Below, piece by piece: positions 29,521-40,474 of a stretch of 64,000 bases of DNA. Position 1 is the stretch's first letter; each line of letters opens with the position of its first letter. Under the pieces are notes generated by a model. It was not told where the DNA came from and made no database searches. It saw only the letters and a list, made by a program, of their open reading frames with translations. Source of the stretch: Treponemataceae bacterium (lineage in GTDB: Bacteria > Spirochaetota > Spirochaetia > Treponematales > Rectinemataceae). The translations under genes and the position numbers were made by a program. The DNA lies in assembly GCA_963677895.2 (NCBI GenBank), contig CAXXGJ010000021.1, positions 1-64,000 on the forward strand, read 5' to 3'.

Positions 29521-30561
29521 TCATCGTGATGGTTTCGTCGAACCGCGAATTTCCAGGCTATAGGGAAAATTGAAATGCTCTGGTCTGCCGCCGTTCAGGA
29601 TGTCGAGGGCCAGGGAGGCGGCTTTTTGCCCTTTTTCCCTGGCGGGCTGATGTATCGTCGTGAGCGGGGGGCGCGCGAAGCCGCTCAGGGAAATATCGTC
29701 GAAGCCAGCGATGGAAAGCTGATCGGGAATGCCGATGCCGTATTCCGCCGCCGCGGCATAAAGGCCGATGGCGACGATATCGGCCATCGCCACGATGGCG
29801 TCGGGCCGATCGGCCGATCCGAGGAGGGTCCTGCCGGCGGCGCGGCCGCCCGCGATGGAGCCTTCGGCTTCGATGACGCGGATTCGATCCGATTCGAGGG
29901 AAAGACCGGCTTCCTCGAGGGCTCTGGAAAAACCGGCAAGTCGCTTTTCAAGGACGACCGACCTCGATCGTTCCGTATGGTTTTTCGCGTCGGGCTTCAG
30001 GCAAAGCACGGCGATACGCTGGGGTTCGAGCGAAAGGATGTGCCGCATGAGTTCGTATGCGGCCTGTTCGTCCTGAATGCCGACATTTACGGTAGTCCCG
30101 CTTTCCTCGCCGTCGATCGTCACGAAAGGCACGCGGTGCTTGTTGAGGAATTCGATCACTTCATGTTCGGGTCCGAGACCTATGGTCACGATCGCGTCCA
30201 CGAAAGCCCTGCGTGCCGCCTCGATGATTTTCCCCCGCACGGGAGGAAGCATGGTGAGCGAAATCTCGCGTTTGTCGCATTCCTCGCCGATGCCGCTGAT
30301 CACGTCGCAGAGATGCGGATTGTTCATCACTTCGGAGATCGGCTGGGGCAGGAGAAGGCCGAGGGCGCCGAGCCTTTTGGTGGTAAGCGTCCTGGCGACG
30401 GGGCTGGGGAAATAGCCGAGCTCGGTGACGATGGCCATGATCTTCCCGTAGGTTTCCTTGGATATGCGTTTCGGATTGTTGAGAGCGAAGGAGACCGTGG
30501 TTTTGGATACGCCGGCGCGTTCCGCTATATCTTTGATGGTAATTTTCATATGGATCGCCAT
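29521..30561 (-). CDS. LacI-family transcriptional regulator
   Basis: TIKDIAERAGVSKTTVS, IAGFDD, PPLTTI; promoter TTGACT-17-TACAAT at 30595-30567; start 30561 or 30549. Confidence 0.92.
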   Translation of the reverse strand: MAIHMKITIKDIAERAGVSKTTVSFALNNPKRISKETYGKIMAIVTELGYFPSPVARTLTTKRLGALGLLLPQPISEVMNNPHLCDVISGIGEECDKREISLTMLPPVRGKIIEAARRAFVDAIVTIGLGPEHEVIEFLNKHRVPFVTIDGEESGTTVNVGIQDEQAAYELMRHILSLEPQRIAVLCLKPDAKNHTERSRSVVLEKRLAGFSRALEEAGLSLESDRIRVIEAEGSIAGGRAAGRTLLGSADRPDAIVAMADIVAIGLYAAAAEYGIGIPDQLSIAGFDDISLSGFARPPLTTIHQPAREKGQKAASLALDILNGGRPEHFNFPYSLEIRGSTKPSR

Positions 30562-30697
30562 TCATCATTGTATCCTTCTTCAAAGCCCCAGTCAAACCAC
30601 GGCAAATTTCCGGCTCCGTTGGTTGGGGGCTATGGAAACCAGGAAAGATGAACGATAGTATTGACAGGAACCGTGGATTATCGAAAAAGAGGCTACA

Positions 30698-32353
30698 ATG
30701 ACACAGATAACCGTGACCTATGATTCGGGCGAAACTAAATCCTTTCAGATGGGCATCAAGGCACTCAATACCCTGCCGAACGAAGGCGGGTCGGATCAGC
30801 CTCTGGTGGCCGTGCTTATAGATAACGAACTCAAGTCGCTCGATACCGAGCTGGAGAGCGATTGCCGAATCAGCCCTGTTCTCGCGGGTTCGACCATCGG
30901 AGCCACGGTCTATCGTCGCTCCCTCTGCTTTCTCCTCGCCATCGCCTCGCGAGAACTCTTCCCCGAAAGAAGGCTGATCGCCGGCATGGCCATCGGGACG
31001 GGATTCTACCACTACTATTACGACGAAATTCCCCTGACCGAAGAGCAGGTAGAAAAACTCGCTGGGCGCATCGGGGACCTCGTGGCCAGGGACATACCTA
31101 TCTGTCTCGAAAAATGGTCATGGGAAAAAGCCTGCGACTACTTCGTGAAAAGCCGCCAGCTCGACACCCTCGCCCTTCTGGAAAACCTGAACGAACCCCA
31201 AATTCCACTCAACGAGTGCGCCGGATTCCGCGATCTTCAAATCGCCCCGCTCGTCAGCTCCACCGGGGTTCTCGGCACCTGGGAACTCATCCCCTATCAC
31301 GGCGGCATGCTTCTCCGCTATCCCCACAAGGACAAGGCGGGGGTCATCGAACCTTTCGAGGATGTCCCCCTCCTCTACAAAATTTCGGAGGAATACAAGG
31401 AGCGAGGCCGCGTCCTGGGCGTCGGCTCGGTCGGCGTCCTCAACCGCTTGAGCGCTTCGGGCAGGATCGGCGAATACATCACCGTGGCCGAGGCGCTTCA
31501 AAACAGGAAGATCGCCGCGCTCGCCGAGGCGGTCGCGGCCAAAGTCGATAAAGTGAAGGTCGTTCTGCTCGCCGGACCTTCCAGTTCCGGCAAGACTACG
31601 ACATCAAAGAAACTCGCCATACAGCTCAAGGTGCTGGGATTCGAGCCCATCCCCATCGAACTGGACAACTTCTTCATCGACAGGAGCCACACGCCGCTCG
31701 ACGACGAGGGGAAACCCGACTTCGAATGCCTGGAAGCGCTGGATGTCGTCTACCTCAACGAACTCCTGCTCAAACTCTTCTCCGGCGACGAAGTCGAGCT
31801 GCCCATCTACGACTTCAAGGCGGGAACGAGACGGGGTACCGGCCAGACACTGAAGCTTTCCGGCCACGAAATCCTCATCCTTGAAGGCATTCATGGCCTC
31901 AACGATGACCTCACGCCTAAAATTCCGCAGGAGAACAAGTTCAAGATATACGTCTCGGCCCTCACCCAGCTAAACCTGGATGACCACAACCGGATAAGCA
32001 CGACGGATTACAGGCTCCTGCGCCGCATGGTGAGAGATCACAATTTTAGAGGCCACAGCGCGAGGGCGACGCTCGCAATGTGGCCTTCGGTGCAGCGAGG
32101 CGAACGCGCCCATATCTTTCCCTTTCAGAATTCCGCGGACGCGGCGCTGAATTCCGCCCTGGACTATGAATTGGGCGTGCTGAAGATATTCGCCGATCCC
32201 CTCCTCCGCACGATCAAGCCCAGCATGCCCGAATACACCGAAGCCAGGCGGATACAGGCTTTCCTCGATAACTTCACGCCCATTCCCGCCCAGTACGTGC
32301 CCAAGGACTCCACGCTGCGCGAGTTCATCGGAGAGTCGGCCTTCCATTATTAA
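30698..32353 (+). CDS. ThrRS N-terminal-like domain / uridine (nucleoside) kinase fusion
   Basis: YRRSLCFLL and GFYH ThrRS-like N-terminus; AGPSSSGKTT, LDNFF, LEGIHGLN, RLLRRMVRD. Confidence 0.85.
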   Translation: MTQITVTYDSGETKSFQMGIKALNTLPNEGGSDQPLVAVLIDNELKSLDTELESDCRISPVLAGSTIGATVYRRSLCFLLAIASRELFPERRLIAGMAIGTGFYHYYYDEIPLTEEQVEKLAGRIGDLVARDIPICLEKWSWEKACDYFVKSRQLDTLALLENLNEPQIPLNECAGFRDLQIAPLVSSTGVLGTWELIPYHGGMLLRYPHKDKAGVIEPFEDVPLLYKISEEYKERGRVLGVGSVGVLNRLSASGRIGEYITVAEALQNRKIAALAEAVAAKVDKVKVVLLAGPSSSGKTTTSKKLAIQLKVLGFEPIPIELDNFFIDRSHTPLDDEGKPDFECLEALDVVYLNELLLKLFSGDEVELPIYDFKAGTRRGTGQTLKLSGHEILILEGIHGLNDDLTPKIPQENKFKIYVSALTQLNLDDHNRISTTDYRLLRRMVRDHNFRGHSARATLAMWPSVQRGERAHIFPFQNSADAALNSALDYELGVLKIFADPLLRTIKPSMPEYTEARRIQAFLDNFTPIPAQYVPKDSTLREFIGESAFHY

Positions 32354-32381
32354 GCGCTCCGACACTATTCGCCGCTGACAA

Positions 32382-32420
32382 GAAGGGCCGCCCCCGATTT
32401 CCAATCGGGGGCGGCCCTTC
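32382..32420. terminator. Perfect 18-bp hairpin between convergent kinase and oppF genes
   Basis: GAAGGGCCGCCCCCGATT-TCC-AATCGGGGGCGGCCCTTC. Confidence 0.8.
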
Positions 32421-32447
32421 CCTTGCCCAAAAAACGCTCAGTCTTCT

Positions 32448-33374
32448 TTAGGCGTACATTTTTCCGTATTCCGCCGCTTCCTTTTCGTTGGCCAGGACGA
32501 AGTGCCCCGGGAAAAGCTCGCGCCAGCTGGGCTTGTCGACGCTGTAATCGTGCATGGACTGGTCGTACACGAGGAGGGTCTTGTTCTTCTCGATATCGGG
32601 ATCGGGCATCGGAACGGCCGAGAGAAGCGACCTCGTGTAGGGATGCAGGGGCCTCGCGAAAAGTTCCTCGGTTTCGGCAAGCTCCTTGAGCTCCCCCTGG
32701 TGTATGACGGCGATCCTGTCCGCGAAATAGCGGACGACGGTGAGGTCGTGGGCGATGAAGAGGTAGGAGAGTCCGTGTTCCTGCTTGAGATCGCGTAGAA
32801 GGTTGAGCACCTGAGCCCTGATCGAGACATCCAGGGCCGATATGGGCTCGTCGGCGATGATGAACTTGGGCTCCATGGCGAGCACCCGCGCAATGCAGAT
32901 GCGCTGCCGCTGGCCGCCTGAGAATTCGTGCGGATAGCGTTCGGCGTGCTCCTCGAGGAGTCCGACGTCGTTCAGCGCCTTGAAGACCTTGTCGCGGCGC
33001 TCGTTCTCGTCCTTGAAGAGGTTGAAGTTGTACAGCCCCTCCGAGACGATATAGTCGATAGTGGCCCGCTCGTTGAGGGAAGCCATCGGGTCCTGGAATA
33101 TCATCTGGATATTGCGGATGACGTAGGTGTCCAGGTCCTTCGCGATCACGCCTGATATTTTCTTGTCCTGAAAGTAAATGTCGCCCTTCGTGGCGGGGTT
33201 GATCCTGATGATCGTGCGGCCTATCGTCGTCTTGCCTGATCCCGATTCGCCCACGAGGGCAAAGGATTCGCCCTCGTATATGTCGAAACTGACGTTCTTC
33301 ACCGCGGTGAAGCTTTCATGGCCGTTCTTGAAGGTGACTTCCAGGTCCTTGACGGACAGGATTTTTTTGTTCAT
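32448..33374 (-). CDS. oppF: Oligopeptide ABC ATPase (AmiF/OppF-like)
   Basis: [32 protein letters not shown]. Confidence 0.92.
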   Translation of the reverse strand: MNKKILSVKDLEVTFKNGHESFTAVKNVSFDIYEGESFALVGESGSGKTTIGRTIIRINPATKGDIYFQDKKISGVIAKDLDTYVIRNIQMIFQDPMASLNERATIDYIVSEGLYNFNLFKDENERRDKVFKALNDVGLLEEHAERYPHEFSGGQRQRICIARVLAMEPKFIIADEPISALDVSIRAQVLNLLRDLKQEHGLSYLFIAHDLTVVRYFADRIAVIHQGELKELAETEELFARPLHPYTRSLLSAVPMPDPDIEKNKTLLVYDQSMHDYSVDKPSWRELFPGHFVLANEKEAAEYGKMYA

Positions 33375-34440
33375 TTGGAGGCCTCCGCGAGCTTTTCGGT
33401 GTAGATCTTCCCCTTTTTTCTCATGAGTTTCACTGCTTCGGGGGGATCGGCCGCGGGAGCCTTGGAATCGAGGAGCCAAGTCTTGGCGAAGTGCGTGGGG
33501 CTGACCTGGAAGAAGGGAGGTTCCTCTTCGAAGTCGATATTGAGAGCGTAGTGATTTCTCGGCGCGAAGGCGTCGCCTTTGATTTCGTTGAACAGTGTCG
33601 GGGGCGTGCCGGGAATCGCGAAGAGCGGCTCATTCTTCCTGGCCAGGGTCGGGAGGCTGGAGATCAGCGCCCAGGTATAGGGATGGCGCGGATCGTAGAA
33701 CAATTCCCTGACCGTTCCATATTCGACGATCTGGCCGGCGTACATGACGGCGACCCGGTCCGCCACGTTGGCCACGACGCCGAGGTCGTGCGTGATATAG
33801 ATGGTCGTGAAGCCGTATTCTTTCTGGAGAAACCTGATGAGATCGAGAATCTGGGCCTGGATCGTCACGTCGAGGGCAGTCGTCGGCTCGTCGCATATGA
33901 GAATGCGCGGCTTGCAGGCCAGGGCGATGGCGATGACGATTCTCTGGCGCATGCCGCCAGAGTACTGGAAGGGATAGTCGTAGAAACGTTTCCCCACATC
34001 CTTGATGCCCACCTTTTCCATGAGCGTGAGGGCTATTTTCTTGGCTTCTTCCTTCGGAAGTTTCTGGTGCTTCTCGATGACTTCGGTTATCTGTACCCCA
34101 ATCTTTTTAAGCGGATTGAGGCTGGTCATGGGATCCTGGAAAACCGTGGCTATCTTGGCTCCCCTGATCGCCTCCCAGTCTTTGTCCGTTTTTATATCGA
34201 GAAGGTTGCGTCCCTCGAACTCGATGCGGCCGCCGGAATCCTGCCGTTCGTCTCCAGCATGCCGGTAAAGGTCTTGGTCAGGACTGTCTTCCCCGATCCC
34301 GACTCGCCAACGATGGCGAGCGTCTCGCCGTCATAGAGATCGAGTGACACTGAACGTATCGCGGTAAGTTCCTTGTTGCGAACCCTGAATTTGACGACCA
34401 GATCCTTCACCTGAAGGATGGGGGTTTTTTCTTCGCTCAT
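33371..34440 (-). pseudogene. oppD: Oligopeptide ABC ATPase (AmiE/OppD-like), one frameshift (possible sequencing error)
   Basis: GESGSGKT in ORF 34192-34485; YSGGMRQR and DEPTTALD in ORF 33371-34129; adding one T near 34237 joins them. Confidence 0.85.
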
Positions 34441-34450
34441 CTTCCACCTC

Positions 34451-35377
34451 CTATCGGTGAGTTCTGGGGTCGGATGCGTCGGCAAAAAGCTGACCGACCA
34501 CGTAGAATGAAATCGTGACGAGCCCCATCACGATGCCCGGGAATAAGATCATATGAGGATAGGTGTCAACGAAGGACCAGTAGACGTCGATCATCCTGCC
34601 CAGGGAGGGATAGGTCGAGGGAAGACCAATGCCAAGGTAGGACAGCACCGTTTCCGTGTTGATGAGTCCGGGGATCTCCTGATACACGAGGGTGGCTATC
34701 ACCGAAACCATGTAAGGCAGGATGTTGCGGGTAACCATCCTCTTGAGCGGGGTTCCGAGACAGCGGGACGCGAGGTTGTATTCCCTGTCGCGGATGATCA
34801 TGACCTGGGTTCGGATGAAGAAGGCTATGCCCAGCCAGCCCGTTATGGTCATAGCCAGCACCATCTGCCAGAAACCCCTGCCGAATATGTACATGAGCAT
34901 CATCGAGCGGAGGATATAAGGTACATTTGATAAGATATTGTATACAGCCAGTAATATGGGATCGATTCGTTTCGAATAACCCCAAACCGCTCCAATCATG
35001 ATGCCGATAGCAATATTGATTGCAGCGGCAATGAAGGCTATCGACAAAGATGTTCGAGTAGTACCTGCCCACACAACATCAAAGAGATCATTACCCCGAT
35101 CATCTGTTCCGAATAAGTGTTCGATCGATGGTTTTTGGTACCATGTTGTCGGTTTATTGATATTAGGTGCAGAGCCAGGATCATAGCCTGATAAAAGCGG
35201 CTGTATAAAAGACATGATGGTGAGACTTAATAGGAGGACAAGCCAAAATATTGCCGTCTTACGCCTGAAAAAAGTCTGAAAAACTGATTTCCAATAGGAA
35301 TAGCGCGGACCAGCAATACGTTCCGACTTGAGAATATCGAAAGCTGCAAAAGCAAATTTTTCAACAGTGTTGGCCAT
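34451..35377 (-). CDS. oppC: Oligopeptide ABC permease (AmiD/OppC-like)
   Basis: YSYWKSVF, HLFGTD..G.DL, RDREYNLASRCLG, DASDPRTHR. Confidence 0.9.
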   Translation of the reverse strand: MANTVEKFAFAAFDILKSERIAGPRYSYWKSVFQTFFRRKTAIFWLVLLLSLTIMSFIQPLLSGYDPGSAPNINKPTTWYQKPSIEHLFGTDDRGNDLFDVVWAGTTRTSLSIAFIAAAINIAIGIMIGAVWGYSKRIDPILLAVYNILSNVPYILRSMMLMYIFGRGFWQMVLAMTITGWLGIAFFIRTQVMIIRDREYNLASRCLGTPLKRMVTRNILPYMVSVIATLVYQEIPGLINTETVLSYLGIGLPSTYPSLGRMIDVYWSFVDTYPHMILFPGIVMGLVTISFYVVGQLFADASDPRTHR

Positions 35378-35379
35378 TT

Positions 35380-36882
35380 TTACCTCGCTTCCTTTTTGAC
35401 CGCCAGGCTTATGCGGGGATCCACAAAAGTGACCAAAACATCACCGATGAATATGGCAAAGATTGATATTACTGTGAAGATGAAAGTCAACGCGATGATC
35501 ATCGAGTTATTATAGTCCGAAATTGAACTAGGAAACATTTTCCCCATACCAGGTACAGCGTAAAACTCTCAGTGATTAAGGCTCCTGCGAGTGTCCCAAT
35601 GACAGCCATGGGTATAGAATGAACCACAGGGATAAGAGCATTCCTTAATATATGCTTAAAGAAAACTTCACTCTGGGAAAGCCCTTTGGACCTTGAAAAC
35701 TTTACATAATCAGAGTTCATCTGGTCGACCATATAGCGCCTGATCCAGAGTGCCTCACTTGCGATACTGCCCAAAGAGAGAGAAATTGTTGGTAGAATAT
35801 ATGAAAGGAAGTTATGCGATCCCATAAATGGAAATTTGTCCGGCAAGCCAAGAACTTCATGCCAAATCGCGCAAAAAGAGCTATATACAACAAGGTTGGT
35901 ATAGAGCTTATAAAGACGATGTAAGCCATAGTTAACCTATCGAATAGCTTGTCCTTTTTCATAGCAGAGATAACACCGAAGGTGAGACCGATTGCAAGCG
36001 ATAACACAAGAGAATACATGCCTATAGTAAGCTTGTACCCAGCATCGATGCATCCTCGTAAATATTATTGCCCGATGCATAATGATCATCGTACTTGTTC
36101 AGATCCATCCTGTCGAGCATTGGTTTATATTTTAGGCTGTGCTCGTCTATTGATGTATAAAATGTCGACTCCTGGCCATTTAAAGTAATTTTTACTTCCC
36201 GCCGTGTTGTTCTCCCTTGACCTTGACCAATTACTTCGAGGACTGGGACCCCTTCATAGGTTGGGTAGGATTTCCCCATATTAAGTTTTATTACATTCTG
36301 ATGTATGAAAGGAAACCTGCTGTCTGTCCATATTTGATATTTGTATTTTGTACCCGATGCAGCCAAAGCGAGTGCGCCGCTCCAGTCCTTTGTAAAATAA
36401 TATCCCCGTTTCAAGCCAAGATTGTCTGGATCCTGAATTCGATTTATCGTATCGATTTCCACTAGATCGGCATACCATCGAACTACCCTGGTTAGGAGAG
36501 GTACATCTTTAGCAGCAAACAGGTATCCGGTTACTGGTTGTTCCATCACAGAATACCCCTTTCTTGAGAGATCGGCTCTAAATTTCTCAAAGAAGGAGGA
36601 ACCCTTTAATAAAGCTGTGCTAACCTCAGGAGAATTAAGACCAAATAGTGATTGGGCGTATTCTTTTTGTGTTACATAATCCAGATACCCAAGGCTTTCC
36701 CATATCCGGTATTTGTAATCGATGTATTCGTTAGGTTTCGACTGCAATTTTGGAAGATTTTGGTCACCTTTGAAAACCAATTGTCGAGGAACGCAAGAAT
36801 ATACAAGAAACACTGTTAAGGTTGACACAATCAATACAGAAAATATCGATTGTAAAATTCGCTTAAACACATAGCCTTTCAT
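35380..36882 (-). pseudogene. oppB: Oligopeptide ABC permease (long AmiC/OppB-like), three frameshifts (possible sequencing errors)
   Basis: Fragments 36022-36882, 35717-36019 and 35499-35846 plus a tail ending VDPRISL join after single-base insertions near 36029, 35853 and 35563. Confidence 0.85.
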
Positions 36883-37122
36883 GAAACCCCGCAATCCTTT
36901 CATCACGAACGAGTGCTTGACCATTCACATAATTATATTTGGCAAAAAAGAAAGTCAAAGACTCGCATGATGATCGAAAAATGGTATTCTCCACTTGTTC
37001 CCCATGGAGGATTCTAATATTCGTCAAAAGTATATCTGAAAGCATCCAACAGTGCAACAAAACAGTACTCGTTGGGACAATCGAATAAAAATGCATAAAT
37101 ATTAGATTACAGTTATAATTAG

Positions 37123-37160
37123 AAAAGGGCTGCCCGCATCAGTATTGCAGACAGCCCCCC
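37123..37160 (-). terminator. Hairpin with U-tract downstream of oppA
   Basis: Minus strand GGGCTG-TCTGC...GCGGG-CAGCCC-TTTT. Confidence 0.55.
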
Positions 37161-37198
37161 ATTATGGAATCACGTAAACTACATGTATTATCTATCTA

Positions 37199-39176
37199 TT
37201 ATTTCTTATCGTTAAGCTTTTTATATGCAACCGCTTTTTCCTTCTCCCACTGAGCCTTGGCTTTATCACGTTCTGCTACGGTAATTACTTTATCGCCTAC
37301 GATGACTCCTTTGAATTTGTACTCATCGCTTCCATAAGCGGCGAAAGGTACTGTATAGGGCACTACACGGGAAACAACAAAAGTACCACCGCTCGACATC
37401 CAAGGTAAAACAACTGCATCGTCAATAATTTGAGCTTCAGCTTCGGCGAATAGCTTGAATCGCTTCATCTGGTCGTTATAAATTTCATTAGCGGCTTCAA
37501 CTTTCTTCGCATAATCGTAAAGGCCGATGGTAGTCGCAGCAACCTTATCCGAACCTTCATCAACAGCATCCAGACCAAGGTATTGAAGCATCGCACCTTT
37601 GTAGTTTCCGGGTTCAAGAGTCTGGAGGAAGGTATAGGGATCGCCATAGTCAGGACCCCAACCCGTGTAGTTACCGAGATCAAAGTTGGACTGAGCTCCG
37701 GTTTCAGCGAAATAGGTAGAAGCGTAAAAATTGTCTTCGTCTGCCTCGATGATGTTGATCTTTATGACATTAACTCCGAACAGAGCTTCCAGTCCAGCCT
37801 TGAGAGACTGATCCATCTTGAGTCCCTTGGTTAAGTTAACATCATCTATCATGTCCAGTTCTATCGGGAATTTTACTCCTTTGCCGTCAGTTCAGCTCGC
37901 GCTTTGGCCATATAGGCCTTCGCCTTGGTTGGGTTATAGTAGGGATCTTGAGCATCGTCTGTCTTGAATGCTGCGGGGAAATCGGCAGGATTACGGGCTT
38001 TGAGTGCGGCTTCGACGTACTTCGCATAATCCTTGCCAGTTTTATCAGCGCTGAGGTCAGGGGGAGTCCAAGTATTGCGAAGATTGGCGAATTTGTTCAT
38101 CTCGCCATTCCGTTGTGCAAGGATTGCTGTTCTTTCAATTCCGAAGAAAAGCGCTTTTCTGAAGTTTCTATTCAGAACGGCTATCTTGGTATCGGCTTTA
38201 GCTTTTTCGGACTTAGGCGATACTCCCTTAGTGGGATCAGCTGTAGAAGCGAAAGCGTTGCGGTCAAAATTGAAAGTATACATATAGGTCGTGGAATTCT
38301 GCTTGCCCCTATAGATATTATCTTTGTATTTAGCTTGGGCATTGGCAAAGAAAGCTTCGTTATCGGTGTAGAGCGGAGCAGCGACGAAAGTGCCGGCATC
38401 AAAGTTGCTGAATAAGGAGTTTGGATCCTTGCCATCGTAGTAAACCCATTTCACATGCTGGATATAGACATGAGCCTTATCCCAATATGTCGGATTGGGA
38501 TCATACTCGATCACCGACTTTGAGGTGAAGTTCGTGAGGATATAGGCACCGTTGTAAAGTATACTATTCTTTTCTGGCTTGCCGAAATCCTTGCCTTTGG
38601 ATGCGAGGAACTCGCCGTTTACCGGCCAATATGCATTATAGGTGAGTAGGGTGTCGAAGAAGGAAACGGGCTTTTCGAGGGTGTATTCGAGACATAGTCG
38701 CTTTTAGCCTTTACACCAACAGCTGTAAAATCAGTAACCTTTCCAGCTCCGTATTCGGCAGCGTTCTTAACCCATCCTTCATAGAGATAACTAAGCTGAC
38801 TCTTAATGTCGAGCATGTATTTCATCGCATCGACCCAGTCTTGCGCTTTCACATCCGCATAGACTTCAAAATCGCCAGTCATCCATTTCACACCCTTGCG
38901 AATATTGAACGTCCAGACTGTATAATCTTTGTTTGCTGTCCAGCTTTCAGCAAGCGCTGGCCTTAGAATACCATATTTATCATGTTCAACTAAACCCTCA
39001 ATAAAGTTTGCCGTGTGATAGGAATTTGTCGCGCGAGAATCATTAAGGTAGTTCATTGAGCGAATGTCAGTACCGAAGTACGTGACGTAGTCCTTCGATT
39101 TTGGGGTAGCGGCGCCCGCGGTGCCTGCGAAAAGCACAGCGAGGACGGCTACTGCTAATAAAGTTTTCTTCAGCAT
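37199..39176 (-). pseudogene. oppA: Oligopeptide-binding protein (AmiA/AliA/OppA-like), two frameshifts (possible sequencing errors)
   Basis: EGLVEHDKYG..PALAESW, YNGAY, NFRKAL, GWGPDYGDP.TFL; joins after single-base insertions near 38691 and 37878; SD GGAGG before ATG 39176. Confidence 0.88.
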
Positions 39177-39391
39177 TTCTGCCTCCCGATGATATCCACT
39201 TGCGTGGATTTCGATTTTTTCGCCATCCATCACGTGCCATGATGGCGATGTATATCCCTATTCATTCTTATCACTTTATCTTCACAAGTCAACAGCTGAT
39301 AGAACGAAAGTACGCTCAAGGCGATGGCGGAAAGGCTGTACCTTTTCAGAGTTTTGGATAATAGTAAGGTAGTTTCGTCTCAGGAAGATAG

Positions 39392-39931
39392 ATGATGACA
39401 AGCATGCGACCGAAAGCGCCCGCCTCCGGTAAAAAGCCTCCCCTGCCGCTTTCCCTGGCGCTTACGGCCTTCATATGCGCCGTGGGGATTGTCGCGGCTT
39501 ACCTTAAAAGAACGGCCAATTTCAGCATCGCGTTCGGCGACGCGTTGATGATTGGCGCCTTCGCGATGTTCGGACTTTCCTGGGTCGGATACCTTAAAAA
39601 GGACGGCATACGGTTCATTCCGCCGCGGAAGTCCTCCGACGCGAAGACCGCGGAATCGTGGGTGGATCGAGTGCCTTCCCTGGGGGAAGCCCCCTCCCCG
39701 CCTCCTCCGATCCCCGGAGCGGAAGGTCCTGACAGCGGCGATTATCAGCGTCTCGCCGAGGTGGAAAACCGCTTGAGGGAAAAAATTCTGGGTCGGGATC
39801 CGGAAGGGGATGAAAAAGCGACATCTTCATCGAAAAACCAGGGGTTCGCGAAAAGCAGCGCCGCATCCGGCCTCATGCTCATGATTCTCGCCCTTTGCTT
39901 CGAGTACCTCCTCCCCCTGCTGTCGCATTGA
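39392..39931 (+). CDS. Membrane protein, possibly DUF3899-like
   Basis: Two N-terminal TM, soluble linker, C-terminal TM; divergent from oppA. Confidence 0.45.
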   Translation: MMTSMRPKAPASGKKPPLPLSLALTAFICAVGIVAAYLKRTANFSIAFGDALMIGAFAMFGLSWVGYLKKDGIRFIPPRKSSDAKTAESWVDRVPSLGEAPSPPPPIPGAEGPDSGDYQRLAEVENRLREKILGRDPEGDEKATSSSKNQGFAKSSAASGLMLMILALCFEYLLPLLSH

Positions 39932-39939
39932 AACCGATT

Positions 39940-40458
39940 CTAGCCATTCCGCCGCTTTTTGAGGGAATGCGCAAGATACAGGATGAAGGAGAGAGGGTAG
40001 CCGCCCACGGCGAGAAGGATCGGCAGCTGCATGCTGAGATCGTAATCGTAGATGGGACCCTTAAGGACAGTCCGCGGCCCCACCTTCATTTGATATATGA
40101 TCATTATGGCTGAGAATCCCAGCCCCAAGCCGATCGCCAGCCAGCCCAGCCCCTTCGCGGCGGTAAAGGTTCCGGCGTTTTCCGTCGCCAGGGAAACGCC
40201 CAGGAGGAGTCCACAGGCGAAAGTAACGGCTATGATGGCGGTATCGATGGCCAAGGCGCTGAGAATCAGGACATGCATCACATCGGCGTCCTGTGCCGGC
40301 GCCACGGATTGCTGTTCAGCCGTCCACCGGCGCGCCGTGCGCCATGCCCTGTAGTGTTCGGATGTGTCGATCGTGGCGAAAACAGCGAAAAAGGCGCATG
40401 CGGAAGCCAAAATGAGGAGAGCCTTGGCGCTGGTATGATATGACACTCGAGTCTCCAT
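39940..40458 (-). CDS. Hypothetical 4-TM membrane protein
   Basis: 172-aa ORF with four hydrophobic segments; TTGCGT-17-TATAGT ends 6 nt before the ATG. Confidence 0.65.
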   Translation of the reverse strand: METRVSYHTSAKALLILASACAFFAVFATIDTSEHYRAWRTARRWTAEQQSVAPAQDADVMHVLILSALAIDTAIIAVTFACGLLLGVSLATENAGTFTAAKGLGWLAIGLGLGFSAIMIIYQMKVGPRTVLKGPIYDYDLSMQLPILLAVGGYPLSFILYLAHSLKKRRNG

Positions 40459-40474
40459 ACTGCAACTATACGAT

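Noticed and set aside
35055..35063. ACT-ACT duplication in oppC (GTTRTS)
   Set aside because: In-frame single-codon change; cannot be told apart from a consensus error or neutral variant
34237..38691. Programmed frameshifting or phase variation in opp genes
   Set aside because: Runs are only 1-4 nt, there are no slippery heptamers, and six sites would have to shift together
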